Both the position numbers and the translations under genes were made by a program. A stretch of DNA of 64,000 bases, taken from the NCBI RefSeq assembly GCF_020745735.1, contig NC_083435.1, forward strand, positions 11,129,201 through 11,193,200. The letters run 5' to 3'. Of this stretch, positions 35,105 to 47,887 are shown in pieces (within the stretch, counting starts at the first letter, position 1; the number at the start of each line of letters is the position of its first letter). Under the pieces are notes generated by a model that had not been told where the DNA came from, did not search any database, and worked only from the letters and a program-made list of their open reading frames with translations. The DNA is from Hemiscyllium ocellatum (Eukaryota).

Positions 35105-36430
35105 GTGTTGACGGTGCTACAGTGGGAGACTGGTGAGCAAGGTTAGATCTCATGGAATACAGGGAGAACTAGCCATTTGTATACAGAACTTGCTCAAAGG
35201 TAGAAGACAGAGGGTAGTGGTGGAGGGTGTTTTTTTCAAACTGGAGGCGTGTGAGCAGTGGAGTGCCACAAGCACTGGTGGTGGGTCCACTGCTTTTCAT
35301 CATTTACATAAATGAGTTGGATGTGAGCATAAGACGTATAGTTAGTAAATTTGCAGATGACACCAAAATTGAAGGTGTAGTGAACAGCGAAGAAGGTTAC
35401 CTCAGATTACAAGTGAGCTGGACCAGATGGGCCAATGGGCTGAGGAGTGGCCAGTGGAGTTTAATTTAGATAAATGCGAGGTGTTGCATTTTGGCAAAGC
35501 AAATCTTAGCAGGACTTATACACTTAATGGTAAGGTCCTAGGGAATGTTGCTGAACAAAGAGACCTTGGAGTGCAGGTTCTTAGCTTCTTGAAAATGGAG
35601 TCACAGGTAGATAGGATGGTAAAGAAGGCATTTAGTATGCTTTCCTTTCTTGATCAGAGTATTGAGAACAGGACATGTTGTGGCTGTACACGACATTGGT
35701 TAGGCCACTGTTGGAATATTGCATGCAATTCTGGTCTCCCTCCTATTGGAATGTTGTTGTGAAACTTGAAAGGGTTCAGAAAATATTTGCAAGGATGTTG
35801 CCAATGTTGGAGGCTTTGAGCTGTGGGGAGAGTTTGAATAGGCTGGGGCTGTTTTCCCTGGAGCGTCGGAGGCTGAGGGGTGACCTTATAGAGGTTTATA
35901 AAATCATGAGGGGATGGATAGGATAAATAGATAAGTTTTTTTTAACCTGGCGTGGGGGAGTCCAGAACGGAAGGTCATAGGTTTCCGGTGAGAGGAGAAG
36001 GATATAAAAGAGACCTAAGGGGCAACTTTTTCATGCAGAGGGCGGTATGTGTATGGAATGAGCTGCCAGAGGAAGTGGTGGAGGCTGGTACAATTGCTAC
36101 ATTTAAGAGGCATCTGGATGGGTATCTGATTAGAAAGGGTTCAGATGGATATGGGCCGGGTGCTGGCAGGTGGGACTAGATTGGGTTTGGATATCTAGAC
36201 AAAAGTGAGGACTGCAGATACTGGAACCTAGAGTTTAGATTAGAGTGGTGTTGGAAAAGCACAGCAAGTCAGGCAGCATCGGAGGACAATGAATGTCAAC
36301 GTTTCGTTTTGCCCGAAACGCCGATTTTCCTGCCCCTCCGAAGCTGCCTGACGTGGGTTTGGATATCTGGTCGGCTTGGACGAGTTGGACCGAAGGGTCT
36401 GTTTCCGTCCTGTACATCTCCATGACTCTC
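35105..36430 (+). mobile_element. 5'-truncated CR1 (HER1-like) LINE, ~1.1 kb of RT C-terminus and 3' UTR, interrupted at 36197-36353
   Basis: SKVRSHGIQGELA, SGVPQ..VVGPLLFIIYINELD, VSKFADDTKI, EFNLDKCEVLHFGK, LYTTLVRPLLEYCMQFWSP and RVWNELPEEVVEAG-type motifs. Confidence 0.95.
36197..36353. mobile_element. 157-bp fold-back Penelope-terminus insertion with 15-bp TSD
   Basis: TSD tgggtttggatatct at 36182-36196 and 36354-36368; minus-strand terminus joined to a plus-strand copy inside the hammerhead stem II region. Confidence 0.85.
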
Positions 36431-36479
36431 AATGCAAAAGGTATTGTTGGATTCAAATTTGACACTGCGGAAGATCCTA

Positions 36480-37620
36480 ATCAGCTTGGTTCAGGGCGCG
36501 TGTGTAAAATAAGTAACGAGTGACCGCTGGATCGGTGCAGGCTGAGTGATTTCGAGCGGTCAGCTTTCCCCTCCGGGTGGATTGCGGGAGAGGCTCCTTC
36601 CTGCTCGCTGGCCTGTAGGTGGTGTTGTTGGCCGGCCGTGGAGAGAAGTCCTGGTATGCAACGGGTTAACCAGCAGTTCCTCACTCCGGTCTGTGAAAGA
36701 ACACGACAGATGCGTGCAGAGAGGCAGAACGAGGTGTGTGTGCGTGCGAGACAGAGAGAGAGGACGGCTGAGAAAGTGAAAGCAAACTAAATTACAACCG
36801 TCTGATACTGAAGGGTAGAGCTGTGAAGCCCGCCCCCAAAAACCACTCACGCCCCCCCTCCTGAGGGACAGAGCGCGGTCTGAGTCCAGGAAACTGGGGA
36901 CACTCGCCGGCGGCTGTCGCCATCTGACCTGACAGGGGGGATACAATGGAGCTCTAGCACCAGACAGCAGCTGTACCCTTGGACGCTGTGTGCCACCTCT
37001 GCTGGTCCTCTGCAACCACCAGCAGCCCCCCCCCCCCCCCCCATTCTAACCTGGCCCAAGGATGGGGACACAGAGTGGCATCCCAGCTTAACCCCGGTAC
37101 AATGCCAGCTCCTGCTGTTGGCGGGTTTCTGCTGCCCTGGGGAACCAGGCTGTGAGCGCAGGAGTCGGTGACAAGATGACGGCTGGACTGATGGTTTTCA
37201 CACTGCTCCTAAACCCCGTCCTGACCACCCCATCTCAGGTAAGTTCGAGCGTTTCACTGCTACGTTGCCGGAAGTCGGTTGGGCAGAGGGATGTGCTGGG
37301 TCGGTCGGGGTATCGAGAGCTTTTTGTCGTTCCCTGGAATGTGGGAAAGGCTGGAAACTTACTGCCAATCGCCCAAATCTTTGGGATGGTGTATCGGTGG
37401 AAGTGAGCAGGTAGCCGGGCTGTGGTGGGTCTGGAGTCTCTCAGGGTTAAATGTCAGCACTGCCCTCTCCAGAGGAGCCTTTGTGAACCAGTTTGTGCTC
37501 ACCGTGGCCATTTCGAGGTCTGTCAGGCTTGGTTCGGTGAGTTAATCTGTCTCCTTCGAGCCGGGAGGTTGAGAGTTCGGGTCTTGCTCTAGCACACAGT
37601 GCCGCGATTGCCGACTGTGG
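36480..37620 (+). promoter_or_regulatory. CpG island / promoter and first exon region of the OLFML2-like gene
   Basis: High CpG density, GC box cccgcccc near 36830, spans the signal-peptide exon. Confidence 0.7.
37176..37238 (+). CDS. OLFML2: Olfactomedin-like 2 gene, exon 1 (signal peptide). Full CDS = join(37176..37238,41271..41504,43903..44010,44571..44753,46821..47022,48606..48791,50998..51605), 1584 nt, 527 aa
   Basis: MTAGLMVFTLLLNPVLTTPSQ|GTAAGT; phase 0; good Kozak context (aagATGa) within the CpG island. Confidence 0.8.
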
Positions 37621-40600
37621 GATTTTACTATGCAGGACTGGCTGCTGCTGTTCCTACATTACAAACGTGTCAGAACTTCGAGGATGCTCTTTTGGCTTAG
37701 AATAAGGAGGTTAATGGAAGTGGGGGGTAGACGTCGGGAGCTAGGCCAAGGCATTACAGTTAGAGCAAGGCGATTCTGCACTCTGATTGAAGTCATTTAG
37801 AGTCGAAATGTGAGCTTGTTTATTTCTCCATGGATGCCGCTTGATCTCCAGTTTTCAGTCATCCCGGGCAGTTGTCTGGAAATATCTTCACACAAAAGAG
37901 AGCGGAGATCTGGATCTCTCTCCCACCAAGAGCTGTCAGAATTGCAATGATAGCAGAGGGGGCAAGGTTGATGTCGACAATGAATGGGCGAGTAACAGGA
38001 CTGGGGATGGGGGGCAAACTAAAATTCCAAATCTGGGATCAGTACAACTTTGTTGGGTAAGGTTACTAAATAATATGGAACAAAGCTGTAAGGACGGGCT
38101 TAAAATTTGGTTCAGCCATCATTTAATCAAAGGACAGAACAGGTTCAAGAGACTGAATGGTCGTCTCCTGTTTTCAATGCTGCATGTTCCTCTTTTCTGG
38201 AATGTGCTGTAAATTCAAACCCACTGGTGAAATCAGTGCCATTAGGAAAGACTGCAGCACCAGTCTTGTTGAAACAGTCACCAGCCTCGTGGGTCAGGGG
38301 GACATTGGGGTCTTGTTTTGGGACTGACTTTAGTTCGGTAAGTGGGCGCAGAGAGATTGGGTTCGAGTCAGTTTTCTCTGGTGTTTGCCTGCGTGCATTG
38401 TGGGGCTGTGGGAGAATGATGACTGAGACACGAGGTTCAGTGTACGCTGGGGTAATGACAGCGATTGACTGCAATCCAAAACTCTCTCTCGTCTCTGAGT
38501 CAGATGGTTGTGAGTTCAAGTCCCACTGCAGAAACTTTCAACACTGTACTGTCAGCGGTGTTATCATTCAGATGAGATGCTAAACTGAGGTCTGTGCTGG
38601 GTAAATATAAGTAATCCCACTCTTCAGGAGATTCTGAGATCAGGAAAAGTGTAGAATAGAAACAAATTATTTATTGCTATATATTGGAAACTGAATACCA
38701 ATATTTTACAGTAAAATGGTTATCCCTCAATAGCGGCCTCCAGATTTCAGCTGGTCTGCGAAATCTTGCGGATAATGTGTCTTTTAATAGATTATTTTTT
38801 AAATCTGCAATCCATTCCTGAATGTGAATATGATTCTTGAATGAAAAATTGCTGCCATTCTCGCTAAACCTAGCATTTCCACACATCAGTGGACAGATGG
38901 TGTTTCCACTTGTGGGGGAAGCCAATATTCTGGATCCCAATATACTGGCAGAGGGCAGCATGGTGGTCATGTAACTGGACACAAATCCAGACACCTCTAT
39001 TAATCAGCTAATAATGGGTTCAAATTCCACCAACTGAGATGATAATAAAAATAATAATAATAATGAAACTTGAAATTCAAAGCTCAGTTCCATGATAGTG
39101 ACCATGACAACAATCGCAAATAGTTGTAAATACCTACTTGGGTACAAGTGACTTCACAGCAATGTGGTCAACTCTTAAGTGCCCATGTTATCAGAATTAG
39201 GGTTATTAGAATGAGGTTTATTGCCACATGTACTTAAGTTACAAAAGAACAGGAGTACAGTGAAAAGTGTACAATGTCACCAACACATGGCATCGTGTTC
39301 AGTACAAAGTACCTGGATACAAATTTTAACTCCAAAGATAGAGAAATAAAGAAAAAAAATTTCCATGACATTCCAAAGGTAAGTTAGGGAAATATGAAAT
39401 AAAGCAGAAGCTAAAACAAGACACTCTCTCTATAAGGGCTTCCACGAGGTCTGACCAAGCTCCAATGGTTTCCAACCAGCAGCCACTTCAATCTGGGTTC
39501 GTAGCCTCTGCCCCCATACCATTCCAGACCCACTGGCTGCCATCCCTGCTTTGCTCTGGACTGCTGGCCATCCCCAGTCTACTCTCGGCCACTGACCATC
39601 ACCCCCCCCCCCCCTCCCCCCCTCTCCTAGCCTCTGGCTGTCCCTGATTCACTCCAGTCCCATTGGCCACCTTCCCTGCTTCACTTCAGGTCACTGGCAG
39701 AAGAAGAAAAGGACAAAATGGAAAAACAACGTGAGAGAGGGGAAAAAAAGAAAAGAGGAAAAAAAACAAAAACAAACAGAGCTGTCCTCCTCTGCCACTC
39801 AGGTCAAGGTCCAGTAGGAATGGGCAATAAATGCTGGCCTTTTGAGTTATAGTAACATGACCTAATGTTAAAAAAAAGGATGGGCCTAATGGAATCCAGT
39901 AGAGAATTCAGGAGAAATGTCTTTACCCAGAGAGTAGCAAGAATGTGGAACTCATGACCACACATAATAGTTTGAGGTGAAAAGTAGGGATATGTTTAAA
40001 AGGAAGGTGGATAAAAACATGAGAGAGAGGGGGACATTGGAACAGGAAGAGGCCATTGAACCTTTCAAACCTGCTGCACTATTAAATTTGAACATAGCTG
40101 ATCCGTGAGTTAACTTGACATATCCACTTTTGCCTCCTCCTTAGTAACTTTGGAACCATTCAAACCAGCGCCAGTCTCAGATTTAGCATTAACAATTGAT
40201 TGAGCATCAATCGCCATTTATGGAAGAGAGTTCCACACTTCTACAACTATTGTGATGAAAGATGTGTGGTTGAATATTTATCATTTTTGTTTTTGTATTG
40301 AAGAATTTGGATTTCAAACTGGTGGCATAGGAGCTTTGGTTTATTTTGTAAAGGGGGTTTAAACATTCATGAACCATTACTTAAAACCAATACATGTCAG
40401 ATAGAAGGTTACTGCAAAGATCCCTGGAATGTTCATACAATAATGTACTCATAATATGGAGCTTTATTGCAGTGAAAGGAATATTAAGCCTTAAGCTTTA
40501 GAAGAATCTATAATGACAAAGATTCTTTTTCAAACTTACTTCAAAAGCTACATTATTTCAATTTGAGAGAGACATAAATTCGTTTTTATTCATTCATGGA

Positions 40601-41270
40601 ATGTGGATGTTGCTGGCTGGGTGATCCTTTCTTACCCATCTCTAGATGCCCCTGAGAAGGTGAGTTGCCTTCTTGAACTGCTGCAATTTGATGCAAGTTG
40701 ATCCATAGTGCCATTAGGGAGGAAATTTCAGAATTTGACCCCACTACTCTGAAGGAATGGCAACATAATTTCAAGTCAAGATGGTGAGTGTCTTGGAGAG
40801 GAGCTTGCAGATTGTGGTGCTCCCATTATCTGCTGCTCTTATCCTTCTAAATGGTAATGGTCATGGGTTTGGAAGTCAGATGCAAGTGTTCTCTCATTTG
40901 AAAGAGATTGTTCAGAGTCATTAAGGGAATAACTTATGTTAAGGTATAGATTTTAGTCTGGGAAAACTTCCAGACCAGGAATGTTTGGTTAGGAACTAAT
41001 ATTGATTATTTAAAGCGAAAAACTCTAACTTTTCAGATGTATGGAAAATAATTAACAGTCGACAGAATAGGAATTAGAAAGAAGCATTTAAGTCAAACAT
41101 ACAAAATTGTCCATCTGTTAATGGTCAAAACTTTAAGGAATGGAAGGATATGTTGATGAGTGACAGGAGGCTGCTGTGAAGATAGATATTGGCTTGCATC
41201 AGTTGGGCCAAATGGCCTATTTCTGTGTTTCAAATTCTGTGAAATTATATGTGTTTATTAAATCTATCAG

Positions 41271-41504
41271 AACAAAGCTGTCTCAAGGAGGATAGAAGAA
41301 ACTGACTGTAACTGCGCCTTCAAAATGCCCACTCCAATGGAGACAAGGTGGACAGGTGGCAAGACCTGGGCCGGGGGCTTTCACCTACAGGAGATGGCAA
41401 GCTCTGGGTCAAAGTGCAAGTGTTACTGTGGGGTCGACCCATGTGAATACAAGAATGAGCGTGGAGCAGCAAAGGCGAAGGTAGAAGTCTCAGATTTGAC
41501 AACA
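41271..41504 (+). CDS. OLFML2: OLFML2-like exon 2 (two CxC motifs)
   Basis: NKAVSRRIEETDCNCAFKMP...FHLQEMASSGSKCKCYCGVDPCEYK... aligns to the OLFML2 N-terminus (SDCRCKCIMRP...FYTVETVSSGTDCRCSC...NPCE); AG/GT, phase 0-0. Confidence 0.85.
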
Positions 41505-42698
41505 GTAAGTTTAAACCTTGGCCAGCACAGCCTTTGGTTCTATCTTCTGATGCCAGCTGCTGTGGTTAAAACTGAGAGAGCGTGAGAGAGAGGCAGCAAT
41601 AACCAGTTGTGTCCAAAGCTCAGAGAAAGGCTGAGGCTTGTTTGCCGTAAGGCCAACTGGGACTGATAAGAAAATAACAGGTCAAACACTTTATAAAGAG
41701 AAAAGATGTAAACAAATCTACAATATTTGTAAAATGCAGTGAACATGACAGAGGGAAAAATAAGGAAAACCATATTGGGAAGGAGAACAGGAATATTGCA
41801 AGAACAAAGTGAAGGTTAACTGTAGAGGAGGGAAGTTGTGGTTAGTGTTGTCTCTATTCTTCCCTCATTGCTTCTATCCTTGGCCCTCTATCCTTCATTC
41901 CCCTTATCCTTCATTCCCCTCATGTTTCCTTCTCCACCTTCAGATTTTTTTGCATATTTACAAAATGTCATCACTGTATGTAAGCATCTTTGGTTAGTCA
42001 AATATCTGTTTTCCATCTCTAAGTATCATCAAAAAGGTAATGATGAGTTTTCTTCTTGAATGACTGCTGACCTTAAAGTGTGGGTAGACTCAGAATGGCA
42101 ATATATTTCCAAGAATGGGTGATGTATCGCTTGGAGAGGAACTGGCAGCTGGTGTTCCCATGTATCTGCTGCCATCATTCTTGTGTTTGGAACTTGGTGT
42201 TGAATGAGTCTTGCTGATTGGCTACAGTGCATCTGGTAAATGGCACACACAAGTGCCACTGAGAATCAGTGGTGGAGGGACCTAATGTTGAACTGGTAGG
42301 TGATACGCCAATCAAACAGTCTGCATTGTCCCGGATGGTGTCAAACATCTTGTGTTAATAGATGTTTCCTTGGGTGGAGCAATCATTTAGGCTGAGGAGT
42401 GGCAGATTTAAAACAGATGAGGAAGAATTACTTCTCTCAGAGGTCATTTAAGGTATGGAATTCACTACCCTAGAATGCATTGGATGCCAAGACACTGAAT
42501 AAATTTAAGTAGGAGATAGACAGATTTTTCATTATTAATGGGTTAAAGGGCTATGGGAGCTTTCAGAAAAGTGAAATTGAACTAAGATGAGATCTTCCAT
42601 TATCATATTGAATGGTGGAATGGGCTTGATGGGCTGAATGGCCAATTCCCAATCCCAGTTCTTATGTATATTCACAATCAACGTAATCAAAGAGCCCT

Positions 42699-42827
42699 AG
42701 GCAAAAGTGAGGACTGCAGATGCTGGAAACCAGAGTTTAGATCAGAGTGGTGCTGGAAAAACACAGCAGGCAGCATCCAAGGAGCAGGAAAATCAACATT
42801 TCAGGCAAAAGCCCTTCATCAGGATTA
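42699..42827 (-). mobile_element. 129-bp hammerhead-headed Penelope-terminus insertion with ~20-bp TSD, inside a Rex1-like 3' end (~42665-43150)
   Basis: TSD caac(g/a)taatcaaagagccct at 42679-42698 and 42828-42847; minus strand starts aatcctgatgaagggcttttgcctgaaatgttgatt; host reads RRYTNLQTHMNRLKNSFFPAVI. Confidence 0.88.
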
Positions 42828-43301
42828 CAACATAATCAAAGAGCCCTCTCACTCTGGTTATATTCTTTCCCGCTCTCTTCTGTTGGACAGAAGATATACA
42901 AATTTGCAGACACATATGAATAGATTAAAGAACAGCTTTTTCCCAGCTGTTATCACACATTTGAATGGACTTCTCAAATGTTAATGGTTTTCTCTCCCCC
43001 TCTGCACCTTCTCTGTGGCTGTAATTCTGTATTCTGCACTCTGTTCTGCTACCTTGGTGCACTTTGTATTGTAAGATTTACCTGTATACCGTGTAAAACA
43101 ACACTTTTCACTGTATCTTCTTACATGTGACAGCAATAAGTCAATCAATCAAATCAATCAATTAATTAATTACGGTTCTTGAGTGTTGTTGGACCTGAAG
43201 TCATCCATCACACTGCCCACTTGTGGCTTGTATATGGTTGACATGCTTTGGGGAATCAGGAGATGAATTACACTTTTCATGATTTCTAGACTCTGAGCTT
43301 C

Positions 43302-43608
43302 TTAGATTAGATTAGATTACTTACAGTGTGGAAACAGGCCCTTTGGCCCAACAAGTCCACACTGACCCGCCGAAGCGCAACCCACCAATACCCCTTACCT
43401 AACACTACGGGCAATTTAGCATGGCCAATTCACCTGACCCGCACATCTTTGTGACTGTGGGAGGAAACCGGAGCACCCGGAGGAAACCCACGCGGACACG
43501 GGGAGAACGTGCAAACTCCACACAGTCAGTCGCCTGAGGCGGGAATTGAACCCAGGTCCCTGGCGCTGTGAGGCAGCAGTGCTAACCACTGTGCCACTGA
43601 GCCGCCCC
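43302..43608 (-). mobile_element. Young HE1-type V-SINE with (TCTAA)n tail
   Basis: Full head gggcggctcagtggcacagtggttagcactgctgcc; CpGs largely retained. Confidence 0.95.
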
Positions 43609-43902
43609 GTGTTCTCCAAGCCAGTGTATTTCTATGTTTGGTCCAATTCAGGATCTGATCAATGTTCACCTCCAGCATATTGACAGTGATGGATTCAGTG
43701 ATAATAATACCATTGAATGTTAAGGGGAGATGGTTCTCATTCCCACTTTTTGAGAGATGATCATTGCCTGGCAATGGTGCGAATTTTACTTCCTTACCCA
43801 TCTCCCACAGCAAAATTGTTCTCATTGGAGAGCATGACCTTTAACCCATTATAGTGAGTGCAGGCCTGGGGGTGCATGATCTTCATGTCTTGTTTGTTAC
43901 AG

Positions 43903-44010
43903 ATCCAGTCACTGGCTATTGACCTCCAGGAGATCTTTGACAATGAGGAGACCAAGAGACTAAACTCGTACTCGGCCAAACTCAACAGCCAACTGAGGAA
44001 ACTGGAGAAG
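43903..44010 (+). CDS. OLFML2: OLFML2-like exon 3 (coiled coil, 36 codons)
   Basis: ttgttacAG|IQSLAIDLQEIFDNEETKRLNSYSAKLNSQLRKLEK|GT; same length as the matching OLFML2A segment LQSMVDLLEG...NTLEE; phase 0-0. Confidence 0.85.
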
Positions 44011-44227
44011 GTACAGGACAGTCATCCTTAGAGAAGGTGATAGTGATTAGCCTTTTTGAACCACTGCAGGCCCTTGTGCTGAGGTTCACCCACCCTGCTG
44101 TTAGGTTGGGAGCTCCATGGTTTTGGCCCAGTGACATTGATGAGAAACTGGGCTTGGGTTACTTGATCAGCTACTTCAAAAGCTGGTAAAGATTAAAACC
44201 ACATTCTGGCTTTGGGCTGAAATAACA

Positions 44228-44267
<40 letters not shown>

Positions 44268-44570
44268 ACAAATAAGGTCTGCAGGTTTCCTTCCCTCAGA
44301 GAATAAGTTGAGGTGGGATGAGATCAGCCATGATCATATTGAATGGTGGAACAGGATTGAGGGACTGAATAACCTACTCCTGCTCTGAGATCTTCTGCCT
44401 GTTTCTGGGCTGTAACTTTCTATGTATCAATGTGATAGTTTGGGTGGGGTTCTTACAAGAACAAAACTGACAACTTTTTTTATCTGGGTCTAATATTCTC
44501 CAAGATTTTGTGCTGTTTATTAAATGGAAACGGATGTTTTGCACTCATGTCAGCATTTGTTTGCAACCAG

Positions 44571-44753
44571 AGGCTGGAACGTAATGTTCCCAGTGTCAAC
44601 GCCCTACTGAGAGAGACTTTTGAGACGATTGTTCAGCATCGTTCCATCTACCAGAACTTCTCCACCGCCATGAGAGATGTGAGGAAGGAGATTAGCAAAC
44701 TCAACTTCCTACTGCGGAAGCAGCAGCCTCTCCCACTCGATAAAGGCACAAAG
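44571..44753 (+). CDS. OLFML2: OLFML2-like exon 4 (coiled coil)
   Basis: RLERNVPSVNALLRETFETIVQHRSIYQNFSTAMRDVRKEISKLNFLLRKQ.. aligns with OLFML2 YENHSAIMLGIKKELSRL; phase 0-0. Confidence 0.85.
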
Positions 44754-45174
44754 GTACCAGGAGTCACTGAACTGAGGTCAAAGATCAACCTTCTTCTGGG
44801 TGGGGAGATCATTGCAGGACTGGTGGGGAACACTTGTTCCCTCTCATCTGTCACACAACAAACTTTACATCATGGAATCACACTGTGCAGCTCTGAGACT
44901 CTGTCTCTGCAGCTTGTGATGACAATGCACTCCATCCCTGATTTTCTAATGGAGTTGCTGTTGTCAGCTTTCTTGAATCACTGCAGTGCTTGGGGTTAGG
45001 GACACCCAGACAGTGCTGTTATGGAGGGGCGTTGACCCAGGGACAGTGAAAGAACAGCGATATTGTTTCCAAGTCAGGAAGGTGCGTGGCCTGGAAGAGA
45101 TTTTTCAGACAAAGCAAAGCTGTTTGTCAGTTGTACAAGGTTTGCTGTCCCATTGCAGTACCATGGACATGGGC

Positions 45175-45500
45175 TACTGCATGTGGAGTTTGCACGTTCT
45201 CTTTGTGTCTGAGTTAGTTTCCTCCTGGTGCACCGGTTTCATACCACAGTCCAAAAATATTCAGGTTACATAGATTGAACATGCTAAATTGCCCCATTAG
45301 TGTCTAGGGATGTACAGCTCAGGTGGTTTTGCTATGTTAAATTGCCCCGCAGTGTCCAGGGATGTGCAAGCTAAGTAGGTTATCCAGGGGAATGTGGGAT
45401 TATGGGAATAGGTTTAGGGAGGATAGGTCTGCATGGGATGCCCTTCAGAGAGTCAGCGCAGACTCAATGGGCCAAATGGCCTCTTTCTGCACTGTTGAGA
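45175..45500 (+). mobile_element. 5'-truncated HE1-type V-SINE
   Basis: atgtggagtttgcacgttctc...gctaaattgccc...gactcaatgggccaaatggcctc. Confidence 0.8.
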
Positions 45501-46820
45501 TTGTTTAATCTAGGTGACAGAGAATAAGATTTTAGGTAGGAGATGGAGGGGCAGCATATTTACACAGTGACTGCTGATTACCTTAAATTCACTGTCTACT
45601 GTCACAAAGCTAGTCCATGTTTTTCTAAAAGCTGTTCCTTGGTGCAAGGATACTCTATCCTTGATGTTTTTCAGCGGGGTAATAAACCAGGCCGGGCTCC
45701 GATCAGACTGGTTTGGTACAGAGATGAAAAGGATTTTGTTTATATGTAAACTGATGAGACTTCAGGCCAACATGGTCATGTTTTAGAAGTGACTTGTAGA
45801 ATGAAAGGGGAGTGGTCAGCTCTCTAGCTGAGCAGTTTAGTTCAGTCCAGAACTGGTTGAGAGTTCACAGTGATCAGAAATTCTCTCTTCTGTCCTTCTA
45901 ACTTAAACCTGCCAGCATCTGATCCTTTTTGTACTGTTTGAATTCAGGTTTGCTTATTGGGGTTGTTGAGTATATTCAGACAGCATACTTAACACCAGTT
46001 TGGATAGACTGAGTTCTGCAGGCGTTCTTCATTCTGTTCTTTGTGTTTCATCATGTAATTTTGTGAATAATTTTTTTTGTCTGTTTTAAACCTGGTAGTC
46101 AACCTCGCTAACTTAATCCAGATAATTTTCACTGTACACTTACTGAAACAAATTGCAAAGTTATGGTCTGGACTGCCTGCTTAAAAATGTTTTGAATGGT
46201 CTGGCCCAGTCCATAACACTATGAAGGTCGTCAAACTGGAAGTAACAAATAGCTTGAAGGTGAAGGTGGATGGGTATTTGAAAGAAATAAGCTCACAGGG
46301 CTAAAGTGAATGGAAGTGATGGGTTTACTCTTCAGAGACCTGGCAAGGACCTGATGGCCTCTTTTTATGTAGTTATGACTCTAAAGGGTTTCCTCCATCC
46401 GTACAGTGCCCTTGTTCATCTTCATGGTGGATGTGGCAGATTAGAAGATGCTTTAGGGAGCCTTGATGGGTTTGTCAGTGTGCATCTTGCATATAGCACA
46501 CACTGCTGCCACTGTGCATCACTGGCAGGGAAAGTAAACATTGACAGTGTCATGTGATGCTGACCAAGTGGGACATCAAACATCTTAAGGGAAAAATCAT
46601 CACTCCCATTGGCACCACGATATTTTTAATAAGTGAAAGTTAATAAAATTGCCTGGAACGTTTTGAGAAATTTCCCCTCCGCGGGTGTCTCTGGAAGTGT
46701 TATGGTTCTGCAGACCATGGGAATGGTCTGCACTATCAAAGCCCTCTTGATTCTGAATACCTCTGGTAAATCACTCACTAAGTATCTCTGCTTTAAGGCC
46801 TAACTGTTGTTTTGTTACAG

Positions 46821-47022
46821 AATGTGGTCAGGCTGACCCCAAGCAAGTCATTGCCCATGAATAGGAGCATGTCAAAGGTCGGCAGCATAAATCACCAACT
46901 CAGACCTCAGAGCCCTGCTAGCACAAAGCCCAGGACCAGACTGCACATACCCACTTCTCAGCCTTCAGTACCTCCTCCTGAGACGGCAAACGGACAAACT
47001 TCAGACGAGTACAGAAACATGA
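46821..47022 (+). CDS. OLFML2: OLFML2-like exon 5 (Pro/Ser/Thr-rich linker)
   Basis: ttttgttacAG|NVVRLTPSKSLPM...PQSPASTKPRTRLHIPTSQPSVPPPET...RNM+a|GTAAGT; supplies the phase 0 to 1 switch needed between exons 4 and 6. Confidence 0.75.
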
Positions 47023-47049
47023 GTAAGTTCAGGACTGATGCTTTCAGAA

Positions 47050-47570
47050 TATCCCAGAAAGTTCAGCATACTTCCAAACATAGAGCAGTTATGCTTTTGA
47101 TGTAGTGTGCACAATTCTGGTCACCCTGCCATAGAAGGATGATATTAAATGGGAAAGGGTTCAAAAAAGATTTACAAGGATGTTGTTATGACTGGGGGGT
47201 TTGAGTTATAGGGACAGGTTAAAATTAAAGTAAAATTATGAGGGGCATAGATAAGCTGGATAGCAGGTGTCTTTTCCCTAGGGGAGGGGAGTTCAAAACA
47301 AAGAGGGCATAATTTTCAGGCAAGAGCAGAAAGATTCAAAAGAGACCTGAGGAGCAACGTTTTCACACAGAGGGTGGTGAGTGGATGGAATGAACCACCA
47401 GTGAAGTGAGAGATGCCGGTACAGTTCCAATATTTAAAAGATGTTTGGGCAGGTTCGTGAATAGGAAGGGACATGGGCCAGAGGTAAATGGGATGCGTTT
47501 AGTTTGGGAAACTTGGTTGGCATGGATGAGATGGACTGAACGGTCTGTTTCCATGCTGTTTGACTCTGTG
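47050..47570 (+). mobile_element. CR1 3' end
   Basis: RAVML..VQFWSP..RRMILNGKGFKKDLQG.. and VFTQRVVSGWNEP..; atgaggtggactgaacggtctgtttcc-type tail. Confidence 0.8.
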
Positions 47571-47887
47571 ATCATTGTCCCCAGCAGAGTCTTTGGGAGG
47601 TGCCAATTGAGACGAGGCCTCAGTTCTGTTGGCCTTTGCTCCACCATCATCTCCCCACCGTCAGTCCGTTCCAAAGTTTGAAACTTCTGTGACTCTTGGT
47701 GAGAACTCTGCGAGTAGGGGAGGTGAGGGCAGGGCAGGGACAGTATTAGACCAGTAGGTTTTTCTGAAGCCAAAGTTTGGTGTTTTTGGCCACACCTAAC
47801 CCTTGCTGCCTCAGAACTCATGACCCCAAAATCCTTTCTCATGACCCCCCACTGTGAGGATTACACAACCCCTGCTTTGGGAAACAC

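Noticed and set aside
38107-38583. 158-aa (+) and 124-aa (-) ORFs in OLFML2-like intron 1
   Set aside because: No recognisable domain, the ends overlap repeats, and they are not needed for the spliced CDS.
47585-47698. Candidate extra OLFML2 linker exon (114 nt, AG/GT)
   Set aside because: In-frame TGA in the required phase 1.
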